The notes under the pieces are model-generated. The model was not told where the DNA came from and searched no databases. It worked only from the letters and a program-made list of their open reading frames with translations. Made by a program: the position numbers and the translations under genes. Below are positions 49,501 to 58,883 of a stretch of 64,000 nt of DNA, piece by piece (positions within the stretch are counted from its first letter, which is position 1; every line of letters begins with the position of its first letter). The stretch lies in contig CAZDZC010000003.1 of the NCBI GenBank assembly GCA_964509835.1, forward strand, positions 127,642 to 191,641. The letters run 5' to 3'. The DNA is from an uncultured Acidobacteriota bacterium. GTDB taxonomy: Bacteria; Acidobacteriota; G020349885; CAZDZC01.

Positions 49501-52500
49501 GATGTTTACTATGTTATGGTGACTTCCTATGATTGCTCAGGAGGAACTCTGGTCCTCAATGCCAGCACTGCCGCACTTAAGGACAAAGACGGTGACGGTG
49601 TGGGTGATATCTGTGACAACTGCATGAACACTCCCAATTCCGGTCAGGAAGATGTGGATGGCGACGGTGTCGGTGACGCTTGCGACAACTGTGTATCAGA
49701 TCCTAATGCAGACCAGTCTGATGTGGATAGTGATGGTATTGGCGATGTCTGCGATACATGCCCTGATGATCCCGATAACGATATAGACGGTGACGGAGTT
49801 TGCGGTGACATAGACAACTGCCCGTTTGATGCAAATACAAACCAGAGTGATGTGGATACTGACACTATCGGCGATGTATGTGACAATTGCCAGGATGATG
49901 CTAATACTACCCAGGATGATGGCGATTCGGACAATGTTGGAGATGTATGTGACAATTGTCACTCCGATGCCAATACAGACCAGTCGGATATTGACGGTGA
50001 CGGGATCGGCGATGTATGTGATATATGTCCTGGTGATCCATGGAATGATATCGATGGTGACGGGGTCTGTGGTGATATTGATAACTGTCCAACCACTGCC
50101 AATCCTCTTCAGGAGGATGCCGACAGTGACGGTGTTGGGGATATATGTGATAACTGCGTAAATACATTAAATCCGACACAGGATGATACAGACTCTGATG
50201 GTGCTGGAGATGCATGTGACAATTGTGTGAACATTCCTAATACCGATCAGGAGGATATCGACAGCGATACTGTTGGAGATGTTTGCGACAATTGTCCTAA
50301 TGATCCGAATACTGATCAGGCTGATGCTGACGGAGACGGCACTGGCGATGTATGTGATATCTGCCCGTTGGATCCCGATGATGACATTGACGGCGACATG
50401 CTCTGCGCTGATGTGGATCATTGCCCGGAGCTTTATAATCCGATCGTTGACTACTCATATGATGATACGGTCACATACAGTTTCATTGATGCAACATCGG
50501 GAGATCTTGTTCTGGATATCGGAGATGATGCCCAGGCACTAATCCCGATCGGATTTGATTTTGTTTTGTACGATGGAGTTTACAGCCAGCTGAATGTCAG
50601 TAGTAATGGATACATTACTTTGTCATCTGATGGACTTGAGCCTTACAATATATGTATTCCTGACATATCAACTCCTGATCTGTTGATAACCCCTTTCTGG
50701 GATGATCTTAATATTACAGGAGATGCTGCTATCTACAGTATTCTCGAAGGAACTGCCCCCTACAGAAGGTTTACGGTTGAGTGGTATCATCTCAGACATT
50801 ATCCTGGAATAGGAAGCATTACATTCGAAGTTACTTTCTATGAATCTAATAACGAAATAAGAATGCAGTATCAGGATACTGACTTCGGAGATGTGACCTT
50901 TGATCTTGGAGCATCGGCAACATCAGGGATTGAGGGACCGGGGGGAACAGTCGGAACGGACTACTCATGTGACAGCCCTGTTCTAACAGATATGCTTGCT
51001 GTTCACTATACTCCAATAGTATCCAATGATGATACGGACATTGATACGGTCGGAGATCTGTGCGATAACTGCCCGATTGATGCCAATACAGATCAGTCTG
51101 ATGTTGATTCAGATATCTTCGGTGATGTCTGTGATAACTGTCCTTTAGATAATAATCCGGGTCAGGAGGATGTGGATAGTGACGGTTTAGGTGATATCTG
51201 TGACAACTGCATGGATATAAGTAATCCAACTCAACAGGATTATGACGGAGACGGACTCGGTGATGACTGTGACAACTGTCCTGATTATGCAAATGCCGGT
51301 CAGGAGGATGTTGACGGAGACGGTATCGGTGATGTTTGTGACAACTGTCCCGATGAACCCAACTCTGACCAGTCTGATGTGGATGCAGACGGTATAGGAG
51401 ATGTCTGTGACCTGTGTCCTGGTACTCCATATCCGGGCGTTGGTTATAACTATGATGAAACAGCGGCTTTTTCTTACATTGACACTTCTTTGGCAGGTAT
51501 AATCGCTATAAGCAGCGGAGATGATACTTCGACGGATATTTCCATAGGATTTGACTTCGAGTTCTACGGCAATATCTATAATTCGATAAAGGTCAGCAGT
51601 AATGGATATGCCACATTCGGAAGCGATGGGGATGACTACTCCAATGACTGCCTGCCCTACAGTCTTGATCCCAATGATCTTATTGCTGTGCACTGGGATG
51701 ACATGTCTGTTCCTCTGACAGGTATGGTCAGTTATTTTCTGGAAGGCACAGCGCCGGACAGACAGCTTACGATAGAATGGTATCATGTTGAACGGCTTGG
51801 AAGTTCAGGGGACATGACTTTTGAGGTCACATTATACGAAACTACAAATGAAATAAAAATGCAGTTTCTTGATGTCGTTGTCGATGTACCTTCCTACAGT
51901 TACGGAGAGGGAGCAACAACAGGACTGGAGAACATAGATGGGACCGAAGATGTGTCCTTTTCGTGCAATGTACCGTTCCTGTCAAACGGGCTTGCCATTA
52001 TGTTCTCACCCAGGGTCCCCAACAGTGACTTCGATGGAGACACTATCGGAGATATCTGCGACAACTGTCCCAGAACACCAAACACTGATCAGTCTGATGT
52101 GGATGGCGACGGAGTAGGTGATGTCTGTGACAACTGTATTGATACTCCGAATGAGGATCAGGAGGATGTAGACAGTGACGGTGTGGGTGATGATTGCGAT
52201 AACTGCCACGATAACAGTAATTCCGATCAGAGTGATATCGACACCGATAATGTTGGAGATGTCTGTGATAACTGTATAGATACACCAAACGAATTTCAGG
52301 AGGATGCTGATACCGACGGCGCTGGTGATGTTTGTGATAACTGTGTTGACGGGTTCAATACCGGTCAGGAGGATGGTGATGTTGACGGTGTGGGAGATAT
52401 TTGCGATAACTGTACAGTAGATGCAAACAGTGGCCAGGAGGATGCCGATTCTGACATAGTAGGTGATGTATGTGACAACTGCCCGTTGGATGCCAATCCT

Positions 52501-53652
52501 GACCAGTCCGATGTTGATACTGATACATACGGTGATGTCTGTGACAACTGCCCATTGGACACGAACACCGACCAGTCTGATGTTGATACCGATACAGTGG
52601 GAGATGTCTGCGATAACTGTCCAGATGATGCGAACACACTTCAAGAGGATGTTGATACAGATGGTGTGGGTGATGTTTGCGATAACTGTCCGGCAGATTT
52701 CAACAGTGATCAGAGTGATGTTGACGGTGACACTGTGGGAGATGTCTGTGACAACTGTCCAGATGATGCAAATACACTTCAGGAGGATGTGGACGGTGAC
52801 GGGATTGGAGATGTATGTGATGTCTGCCCAGATGATCCCGATAATGATATTGACGGTGACGGAGTCTGCGGGGATGTGGACAACTGTCCGGCAACATCAA
52901 ACAGCGGTCAGGAGGATGCTGATACAGACGGTGTTGGGGATGTATGTGACAACTGTATTGATGATGCAAATACCCTTCAGGAGGATGTTGACGGTGACGG
53001 TGTCGGAGATGTCTGTGACAACTGTCCTCTAATAATTAATATTATCCAGCAGGATGAAGATCTCGACCTAGTAGGGGACTTCTGTGATAACTGTCCCTCA
53101 GTTGCCAATCCTTCTCAAGTCGATGTTGACGGTGACGGTGTCGGTGATGTATGCGATGTCTGTCCCAATGATTTTAATAACGATATAGATAGCGACGGAT
53201 TCTGTGCTGATGTTGACAATTGTCCTCTCATCTCCAATCCCAAGCAGAAGGATTTCGATGGAGACGGCATTGGTGACGACTGTGATGATGATGTTGATGG
53301 CGATCTTGTGAACAATGAAATTGACTGTGAACCCTGGAACCCTGCAGTATGGGCACCTCCCGGTCCGGCTTCTGACCTGATGCTTTCAGGCGGTGCCAAC
53401 ACCGTTATGGAGTGGACAACTGCAGGTATAACCGGAGGATCAGCTTTTACATTTGATCTTATCTGCAGTGAGGACCCGTCCGATTTCAGTGCCTGTAAGT
53501 GCATTGAATCAGACGACAACGATACAACAGCATCAGATCCTGCAATACCAGCTAACTGTTTCTTCTATCTTGTAAGGACCAGGAATGGCTGTGGCGAAGA
53601 ACTGGGAACAGACTCCAACCTTGTTTCAAGGAGTGCATCATCTTGCCCGTAA
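46597..53652 (+). CDS. Giant extracellular calcium-binding protein: signal anchor, SBBP-type beta-propeller repeats, >40 thrombospondin type-3 repeats, two internal ~190-aa paralogous domains, shared C-terminal tail
   Basis: The N-terminus is hydrophobic. Eight ~50-aa repeats follow (YGG..D.G..V..T.DGGY...G.T.S.G.G..D.W..KL...G...W) at ~47.1-48.2 kb. Long arrays of DxDxDGxGDxCDNCP (TSP3) repeats follow. Two related domains sit at ~50.44-51.03 and ~51.43-52.02 kb. Confidence 0.9.
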   Translation: MLKNRVTDFVIIVLLAIILSVCFIGNKVLTAADKEFERIYELRDPGLNADSYEEDDNCTGVLSNIIEDSETQSHDFSDDGEDWIAFNGCAGTTYTISTSNLGLFADTLIELYDRDCSILLTWDDNSGGGLASLLSWTVTASGLYHIKVLQADATFGAEREYDLNLSGSTASCLSWIKAYGGTADDAGSSVCSTYDGGYIVSGKTYSFGALANDMWFLKLDAYGSIVWEERIDGNSEDIPEEIIPTSDGGYIAMGYTFSQGVGGYDIWILKLNSSGSIIWQKTIGSSSDDVGYDMENTADGGFIISGYTLSSGSSDALIIKLSSDGLIEWEIRAGGTGYDNGASVVQTSDGGYFVTGQTSSYGAGGYDCWLLKLNSSGNILWCKTYGGSFTDRGNHVIETSDGGILITGYTSSYGAGNGDFWVIKTDSSGSVDWQKTYGGALNDIASGCIEVSDGFIISGMLTGLGNGNQDSWFIKLDLTGSVVWQKAYGLDLYETIGFIAPTPDKGIVAAGICNSIGSGGNDLWIMKFDETGSLSSDCGFETITSTAGSDSTASVSNPSVSAVSTSLLVLASTATVQPSTALITNPCPDSDGDGLSDDLDNCPFDFNPVQADSDTDDVGDICDVCPDDPDPGQEDQDTDGVGDTCDNCPAVSNPGQEDTDGDGIGDVCDLDADGDGIDDDIDNCPSVPNPGQNDTDGDTVGDECDACPGGDDRIDSDIDGVPDVCDNCEFTINPLQEDVDADYMGDVCDNCPTTYNPGQEDADLDGVGDACDLCAGFDDALDVDMDLIPDGCDNCPSVANPSQLDSDGDGYGDSCDVCVGGDDNLDADGDTVPDECDNCPDIPNPDQEDENANGVGDVCDLDDCIGAIPIDVTPFSDSYNVTSATHAVTDPVSVCPSSCPSDDHSVWFRYEATTSVSVIVDSVGSNYDTIMTVYSTDPVLGCDSLTYHSCNDDYSGTQSQVMFTTCPGDVYYVMVTSYDCSGGTLVLNASTAALKDKDGDGVGDICDNCMNTPNSGQEDVDGDGVGDACDNCVSDPNADQSDVDSDGIGDVCDTCPDDPDNDIDGDGVCGDIDNCPFDANTNQSDVDTDTIGDVCDNCQDDANTTQDDGDSDNVGDVCDNCHSDANTDQSDIDGDGIGDVCDICPGDPWNDIDGDGVCGDIDNCPTTANPLQEDADSDGVGDICDNCVNTLNPTQDDTDSDGAGDACDNCVNIPNTDQEDIDSDTVGDVCDNCPNDPNTDQADADGDGTGDVCDICPLDPDDDIDGDMLCADVDHCPELYNPIVDYSYDDTVTYSFIDATSGDLVLDIGDDAQALIPIGFDFVLYDGVYSQLNVSSNGYITLSSDGLEPYNICIPDISTPDLLITPFWDDLNITGDAAIYSILEGTAPYRRFTVEWYHLRHYPGIGSITFEVTFYESNNEIRMQYQDTDFGDVTFDLGASATSGIEGPGGTVGTDYSCDSPVLTDMLAVHYTPIVSNDDTDIDTVGDLCDNCPIDANTDQSDVDSDIFGDVCDNCPLDNNPGQEDVDSDGLGDICDNCMDISNPTQQDYDGDGLGDDCDNCPDYANAGQEDVDGDGIGDVCDNCPDEPNSDQSDVDADGIGDVCDLCPGTPYPGVGYNYDETAAFSYIDTSLAGIIAISSGDDTSTDISIGFDFEFYGNIYNSIKVSSNGYATFGSDGDDYSNDCLPYSLDPNDLIAVHWDDMSVPLTGMVSYFLEGTAPDRQLTIEWYHVERLGSSGDMTFEVTLYETTNEIKMQFLDVVVDVPSYSYGEGATTGLENIDGTEDVSFSCNVPFLSNGLAIMFSPRVPNSDFDGDTIGDICDNCPRTPNTDQSDVDGDGVGDVCDNCIDTPNEDQEDVDSDGVGDDCDNCHDNSNSDQSDIDTDNVGDVCDNCIDTPNEFQEDADTDGAGDVCDNCVDGFNTGQEDGDVDGVGDICDNCTVDANSGQEDADSDIVGDVCDNCPLDANPDQSDVDTDTYGDVCDNCPLDTNTDQSDVDTDTVGDVCDNCPDDANTLQEDVDTDGVGDVCDNCPADFNSDQSDVDGDTVGDVCDNCPDDANTLQEDVDGDGIGDVCDVCPDDPDNDIDGDGVCGDVDNCPATSNSGQEDADTDGVGDVCDNCIDDANTLQEDVDGDGVGDVCDNCPLIINIIQQDEDLDLVGDFCDNCPSVANPSQVDVDGDGVGDVCDVCPNDFNNDIDSDGFCADVDNCPLISNPKQKDFDGDGIGDDCDDDVDGDLVNNEIDCEPWNPAVWAPPGPASDLMLSGGANTVMEWTTAGITGGSAFTFDLICSEDPSDFSACKCIESDDNDTTASDPAIPANCFFYLVRTRNGCGEELGTDSNLVSRSASSCP
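48340..53330 (+). repeat. Coding tandem-repeat arrays of thrombospondin type-3 Ca-binding motifs (4 blocks: ~48.35-49.19, 49.59-50.44, 51.04-51.42, 52.03-53.30 kb)
   Basis: The ~36-45-nt-periodic repeat gatgtctgtgacaactg... recurs throughout. It generates numerous spurious antisense His/Pro-rich ORFs. Confidence 0.85.
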
Positions 53653-53684
53653 GATGAGAAATATGCTCACCACATGAGATCGAT

Positions 53685-54329
53685 TTACAGGAGGAACAAT
53701 GTTGAGCAGCGCTGAATGTTTAATTGGCAGAGGTGGTACATTTTTATTCCGGCGATTACACTTATTCCTTTGAACATTTCAGCCATTTGTTCCGGCGTGG
53801 GTGGATTATAACTTTTGTCGAACATGGAATGAACGGGCCTGAAGAAATGGAACCTTCCTCCGCTCACTTTTGCCAGAAGCTTACAGAGCTTCTCTCCCGG
53901 AAGAGTTCCCTCTTCACTTCTGAAGCAGGGATTAAGCACAAAGAGAAGGGTCTTATGTCTCCTGTATTGAGATGCTGTCTGAATTGCATCCTTATAGGCA
54001 GGCTCATCAAATACATCTTTAAACTTATGGGTCAGAGGTTCGGGGTAGAAATCACTTATGGCAAGAACAATATTTCTGGAACCGGGTTTCCTGAACCTTT
54101 CCAGGCGACACATTTCCAGTCCTTTCCTCAGTCCGTCAGCGATCGGTGTTTCCCCGTCTACAGCAAGTTCTGAAAGATGTCGCAATATAACCCTGAAATT
54201 ATGAGTGGGGTTATTAATAATCTGAGCCTGCTTCCCCTGAATGGAGACAAGTCCGACCCTGTCATTGCTCCGTTTGAAATAACCTGTCAGGTTCTTCAGA
54301 AGTTCAGTGAACACCTTCACAAAAGGCAT
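53685..54329 (-). CDS. von Willebrand factor A (VWA) domain protein, ChlD-like C-terminal part; ORF as listed lacks its MIDAS motif, which lies upstream in the same frame (open to 54812 with no start codon) - likely frameshift-separated from the ChlI-like ORF
   Basis: The same-frame translation upstream of the first ATG reads ..LTLVLAVDVSRSTM, a DxSxS MIDAS motif. No ATG/GTG/TTG occurs between 54329 and the frame's upstream stop at 54813-54815. Confidence 0.65.
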   Translation of the reverse strand: MPFVKVFTELLKNLTGYFKRSNDRVGLVSIQGKQAQIINNPTHNFRVILRHLSELAVDGETPIADGLRKGLEMCRLERFRKPGSRNIVLAISDFYPEPLTHKFKDVFDEPAYKDAIQTASQYRRHKTLLFVLNPCFRSEEGTLPGEKLCKLLAKVSGGRFHFFRPVHSMFDKSYNPPTPEQMAEMFKGISVIAGIKMYHLCQLNIQRCSTLFLL

Positions 54330-54787
54330 GGTGGACCGGCTGACATCAACAGCAAGAACAAGAGTAAGGCTCTGAGGTTCAGACTTCTCCCAGCCCAGAA
54401 TATCCTCTCTGCCTATCCTGAACTTTCTGTCAGTGAAGCTGTACTTTCCATTGAAAAGAGCTTTATTGAGAGTAGGAAGAAAGGCTGGATTATTAAGGGA
54501 TTCATTATATTTAACAGCCCTGATATTCCTGCCTGTAACAGATGAAGAGGAATATGTTTTCTTAACTTTGTTCCTGCTCCTTCTTCCCGAACTCTTTCTG
54601 AGCTTTTTGAAAATATTGTGGAGAAAATTCCTGGCATTAAAAACAGACTGGAGTCCTCTGTAAACAGGAAGTTTGTCCTCTGTTTCTCCTGGCGAACTGT
54701 CGGGAAGGGTCTTTCCCGGTTTTCTCTTACTTTCAGGATTTGATATTACAGATTTAATACTGTTCTTAATTGACTTTGTCAGTCTTC

Positions 54788-55912
54788 TTAAGACAGAGGG
54801 CTTTTTTTTTCCTCAGAGACACCTTCTTTGGTGTAAGAAACATCTCCCGGGGATGACGGCGGAACTGTGCCTTCCAAGGCCGGTTTCTTTCCCGGTTTCA
54901 ATCCAAGGTACTTCGAAAACACTTCGTATATCTCTTCTTTAGTTGGAGGTTCAAGAAGTCCTCCGTCCCTCACTCTGTGAACAAGGGCAAGTTCGGCACT
55001 CATAAGAACATGGCTGTCTTCTGCAACAGTCTTTCCGTCAAGAGCTGCAAGAGTTCCTGCTGTCTTTGTGATGACAATATCAGGCCGCTGGCCGTCAACC
55101 TTAAGCTCTGCACATCCCGATGAGATGGCAAGAATAAGACTGTCGCCTATTGTTATATCCGGAAGGAGCGATTTTGCTTTTATAATTTTTTTGGCTGTCT
55201 GTCTTTCCTCTTCTTCAAACTTTTTTGCGAAAGCATCAGGATCATCTTCAAAAAGAATGTTCCTCTTGACAATTTCCACTCTCAATGAAGGATCTGATAC
55301 AGTTTCAGGTTTAACACAAAGAGGAAACCTGTCCAGGATCTGAGGCCGCAGTTCTCCTTCTTCGGGATTCATGGTCCCCACAAGAATGAACTCGGCAGGA
55401 TGGGAAACTGATAAACCTTCCCGTTCGATAGTATTCCAGCCAGATGCAGCAACATCAAGGATATCGTCAATAAGATGATCGGGAAGAAGGTTCACCTCAT
55501 CAATATAAAGGATATTCCCGTTGGCATCACCAAGTATACCGGGTTGGACCTTCTTCTCTCCGTCCTTAAGAAGCTTCTCAATATCAACAGTTCCGATAAG
55601 CCTGTCCTCTGTGCAGCTGAGAGGAAGATTCACCACCCTCATTGATCTGCTTACAGGTTCACCCAGAGGGGATTCACCACAGAAGGAACAGAGCTTTTTC
55701 GGATTTAGGGGAGAACATGAAAAAGGACATTCACTGTAACTTTCTCTATCAGGAAGAATGGAAGTGACGGAATGAACAACAGTGCTCTTGCCCGTTCCCT
55801 TGGGGCCGCTGATCAAAAGACCGCCCAGACGGGGATTCACAATATTGGCAAGATAGGCAGTCTTAAGCCTGTCCTGTCCAACTATGGCACTGAAAACAAA
55901 ATGTCCTCGCAT
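54788..55912 (-). CDS. Mg-chelatase ChlI/BchI-like AAA+ ATPase
   Basis: Walker A (LISGPKGTGKST), a Cys cluster (CPFSCSPLNPKKLCSFCGE), Walker B (ILYIDEVNLL) and the sensor/arginine finger region are all present, as in the ChlI family. Confidence 0.85.
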   Translation of the reverse strand: MRGHFVFSAIVGQDRLKTAYLANIVNPRLGGLLISGPKGTGKSTVVHSVTSILPDRESYSECPFSCSPLNPKKLCSFCGESPLGEPVSRSMRVVNLPLSCTEDRLIGTVDIEKLLKDGEKKVQPGILGDANGNILYIDEVNLLPDHLIDDILDVAASGWNTIEREGLSVSHPAEFILVGTMNPEEGELRPQILDRFPLCVKPETVSDPSLRVEIVKRNILFEDDPDAFAKKFEEEERQTAKKIIKAKSLLPDITIGDSLILAISSGCAELKVDGQRPDIVITKTAGTLAALDGKTVAEDSHVLMSAELALVHRVRDGGLLEPPTKEEIYEVFSKYLGLKPGKKPALEGTVPPSSPGDVSYTKEGVSEEKKSPLS

Positions 55913-56071
55913 AAAAACTTCTCCCGTAATTACACTCCAACAGAATAGCTTTATGGTTCGATGATGTCAACAGTTCTGAGCAATGCCGAAGTATGCTGTC
56001 GCAGGCAATTCGTTTTATTGATATTTCTCCTGTTTTTGCTAAAATGCGCTCGTTTCTGCTACAATTAACAA

Positions 56072-56091
56072 GTGTCCGCTTATGAGGACAC
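56072..56091. promoter_or_regulatory. Perfect palindrome GTGTCC-N8-GGACAC 37 nt upstream of rmuC start; candidate operator
   Basis: The inverted repeat is seen directly in the sequence. A regulatory role is inference. Confidence 0.3.
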
Positions 56092-56127
56092 AAGATATAG
56101 TCTGAACTGTTAAGCGCAGGTGAAATA

Positions 56128-57402
56128 ATGGAAACGGCAATAATCGCCAGCATCGGTATAATACTGATACTTCAGTTGATCAATATGATTATCCTGAATA
56201 AATCAAGCAGGGCTTCTGCCAATGCCGAACTTAAGAAATACCTGATGGATCAGTTCACTCAAATAAGGGACGAATCAAGAAAATCCTCCAAAGAAAACAG
56301 AGAGGAGCTTTCCGGCAATCTTCAGCTTTATCAGGACGCTGTTTTAAAGAGAATGTCCGAGTCTTCCGGATACCAGAAAGAGCAGCTTGAGACTTTCACC
56401 AAGCTGCTTGCTCAGTTGACAGAGGGAAATGAAAAAAAGCTGGAGCAGATGCGGACAACGATTGAGTGCAAAGTGAGAGAGCTTCAGGAAGGCAATGAGA
56501 AAAAGCTTGACGAAATGCGCAGGATCGTTGACGAGAAACTTCAGGAGACCCTTCAGAAACGCATCGGGGAATCCTTCAAGCTTGTGAGCGATAATCTGGA
56601 AAGGGTTCAGAAAGGTCTCGGCGAGATGCAGAACCTTGCAACCAGCGTTGGGGGCCTGAAAAGGGTTCTTGAAGATGTCAGGGCAAGAGGAGCATGGGGT
56701 GAAATCCAACTTGGAAGTCTCCTTGAAGAATTGCTGATAAAAGACCAGTATGAGGAAAATGTCGTCACAAAACCAGGCTCGTCCCAAAGAGTTGAATTTG
56801 CTCTCAAACTCCCAGGATATGATGAGGAAACACCAGTCAGGCTTCCCATTGATGCAAAATTTCCGCTCGAAAAATACAGTCAGGTTCTTGAGGCATACAA
56901 CAATGCGGACAACGCTGCGCTTGATGAGAGTATTAAAGAGCTTGCCAACGCCGTTAAAAAATCTGCAAAGGACATTTCTGAAAAATACATATCGCCGCCC
57001 GACACGACAAACTTCGCGATAATGTTCCTTCCCATCGAAGGGCTTTATGCTGAAGTGTTAAGGATTCCAGGTCTTGTGGAAAAGCTGCAACATGATTTCA
57101 GAGTGGTCGTCTCCGGTCCTACAACGCTGGCGGCTCTGCTAAACAGCCTCCAAATGGGGTTCAGGACCCTTGCAATCGAAAAACGCTCCGGCGAAGTATG
57201 GAAACTGCTGGGCGCAGTCAGAACGGATTTTGACAAATTCGGTGAAATGCTTGACAAGGTTGATAAAAACCTTCAGGCAGCCGGGAACAATCTCAGAGCA
57301 GTCACCGGAAAAACCTCAACCATAAAACGGAAACTAAAAGATGTTCAGGAACTCCCGGTAAATGAAGCAGCAGGAATGCTTGGGGATGGTGAGGACGATT
57401 AG
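56128..57402 (+). CDS. rmuC: DNA recombination protein RmuC
   Basis: An N-terminal TM helix is followed by a long coiled coil and a C-terminal RmuC nuclease-like domain (..LPIDAKFPLEKY..FAIMFLPIEGLY..). Confidence 0.8.
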   Translation: METAIIASIGIILILQLINMIILNKSSRASANAELKKYLMDQFTQIRDESRKSSKENREELSGNLQLYQDAVLKRMSESSGYQKEQLETFTKLLAQLTEGNEKKLEQMRTTIECKVRELQEGNEKKLDEMRRIVDEKLQETLQKRIGESFKLVSDNLERVQKGLGEMQNLATSVGGLKRVLEDVRARGAWGEIQLGSLLEELLIKDQYEENVVTKPGSSQRVEFALKLPGYDEETPVRLPIDAKFPLEKYSQVLEAYNNADNAALDESIKELANAVKKSAKDISEKYISPPDTTNFAIMFLPIEGLYAEVLRIPGLVEKLQHDFRVVVSGPTTLAALLNSLQMGFRTLAIEKRSGEVWKLLGAVRTDFDKFGEMLDKVDKNLQAAGNNLRAVTGKTSTIKRKLKDVQELPVNEAAGMLGDGEDD

Positions 57403-58883
57403 TTCTCGGTTTCTTCTTCGTCAGGGATAAGAGACAACCTGTATAAAGCCCATTCAGCTGTTGCTCTGACAGCAGGATCACTGTCTTTCCTTGACTTTTC
57501 AAGATAAGGCTTAGCACTCTTAAACTCTGCTCTTCCAAGGGTTTCAACGGCCTTTTGACGGACATAGGCTTTATAAGCATTTGATAACACATGGACCATA
57601 TGTTCATATGTAATTTCAGGGGGAAATTGCTCTAATGCTCTAATTGCATCACAAGCGACCCATTCATCAAGTTCAGTAAACTTTGCGATTACAGGAATTG
57701 CTTCAGGTTCCCCTATATTTACTAAAATCTCGAAAGCATCGTTAACAATACTGTAGTCCAGTTCGGGTTGAGATATCATCTTGCATAGAGGTTTTACTAA
57801 TGCATCACGACTGCTTGTCCCGGATAGTGCTTTCGCTGCTGAAATAGCGATATCAGAATTGTTTGAATCAAGGCAATAAAAAAGGAACTGGATTGAATCC
57901 ACATTATTCATTATTCCCAGTGTTTTAACAGCAGTTTCCATTAAATCATATTCATCACTCCAACTTCTGTATGCTTCACTGTTTTTTTCATAGTCAATCA
58001 CAGCAGATTTCAGTATTTCGATATCAATGGATACGCCTCGTTCCGTCAATTCCTTAACGACCCATGCCCTTAGATTAGGTTCAGGCCTGTTCACCAGACT
58101 CATCAGAATATTTGTAGATTCTTCTGTCTTGATATAATACAGTTTTGCTATAGCAGATTGCACAGTTTCGAAGCTGCTTGACTTAACCATCTTTTTAAGT
58201 ATTTCTACTTCTTCAGTAGCTTCTTTGGCTAGATACCAGTCCGGATCAAACTTATTTAAAGCTTCAGCAATCTTATAGCTGCTATATTTTTTATCGAAGT
58301 ATTTTTGCTTAAGGATATCCGTTGATTCTGAATAGTCTGTTTCAATCAAACAATCAACATAATCATTAATGTCATACTCACCAAATAATTCCCATCTGTT
58401 CAGAAAGAATTCAGCTGTTGCTCTCGGGTTAATTTTCTTCATCAGATTGAATATAGTACGATTATCTCCTCTAGATTCAATGATTTGAAACTTCAAATCT
58501 TCATACATTCGTTGTGCCTGTGCACTGTTAACCCAGTCCGGATCAATGTTGTCCAGAATCCACATTATGTAATAATAGTCGGCACTGACATTAAGTAACT
58601 TAATTAACGGTTCCACGGCAGATTTATCATTGAAGTGAAGGAGGGCTTCGTAGCATAAGTCATCCAAACTTATGTTTTGGTTTTTTGAACTGGAACTATT
58701 TTGAAGAATTGTAATTATCGTTCTGATGGCTCTTTTATCCCCAAGTTTTTTAAGGTTCAGAACTGCTTTGCATTGTTCAACCTCGTTGTCACTATTTAGC
58801 TTTTTGATAAGTTCCTCGTATTCTCCAGCAAATGACATAACAGAAAAAAGAAGAAATATAACTGTAAATAATTTCAGTTTCAT
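57399..58883 (-). CDS. Secreted HEAT/PBS-lyase-like repeat protein (paralog of 59785..61248)
   Basis: A signal peptide is followed by repeated ~30-aa alpha-helical units. The N-terminus (YEELIKKLNSDNEVEQCKAVLNLKKLGDKRA) and C-terminus (DPAVRATAEWALYRLSL) match the paralog. Confidence 0.7.
   Translation of the reverse strand: MKLKLFTVIFLLFSVMSFAGEYEELIKKLNSDNEVEQCKAVLNLKKLGDKRAIRTIITILQNSSSSKNQNISLDDLCYEALLHFNDKSAVEPLIKLLNVSADYYYIMWILDNIDPDWVNSAQAQRMYEDLKFQIIESRGDNRTIFNLMKKINPRATAEFFLNRWELFGEYDINDYVDCLIETDYSESTDILKQKYFDKKYSSYKIAEALNKFDPDWYLAKEATEEVEILKKMVKSSSFETVQSAIAKLYYIKTEESTNILMSLVNRPEPNLRAWVVKELTERGVSIDIEILKSAVIDYEKNSEAYRSWSDEYDLMETAVKTLGIMNNVDSIQFLFYCLDSNNSDIAISAAKALSGTSSRDALVKPLCKMISQPELDYSIVNDAFEILVNIGEPEAIPVIAKFTELDEWVACDAIRALEQFPPEITYEHMVHVLSNAYKAYVRQKAVETLGRAEFKSAKPYLEKSRKDSDPAVRATAEWALYRLSLIPDEEETEN

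Noticed and set aside
48413-53519. Numerous His/Pro/Arg-rich or Ser/Pro-rich ORFs on the minus strand and in alternate plus frames (e.g. 48413..48652, 48791..49153, 50846..51430, 52006..52644, 53115..53519)
   Set aside because: They are antisense or out-of-frame readings of the highly repetitive TSP3-repeat coding sequence. They have no RBS and lie within a continuous 2351-aa ORF with coherent domain structure.
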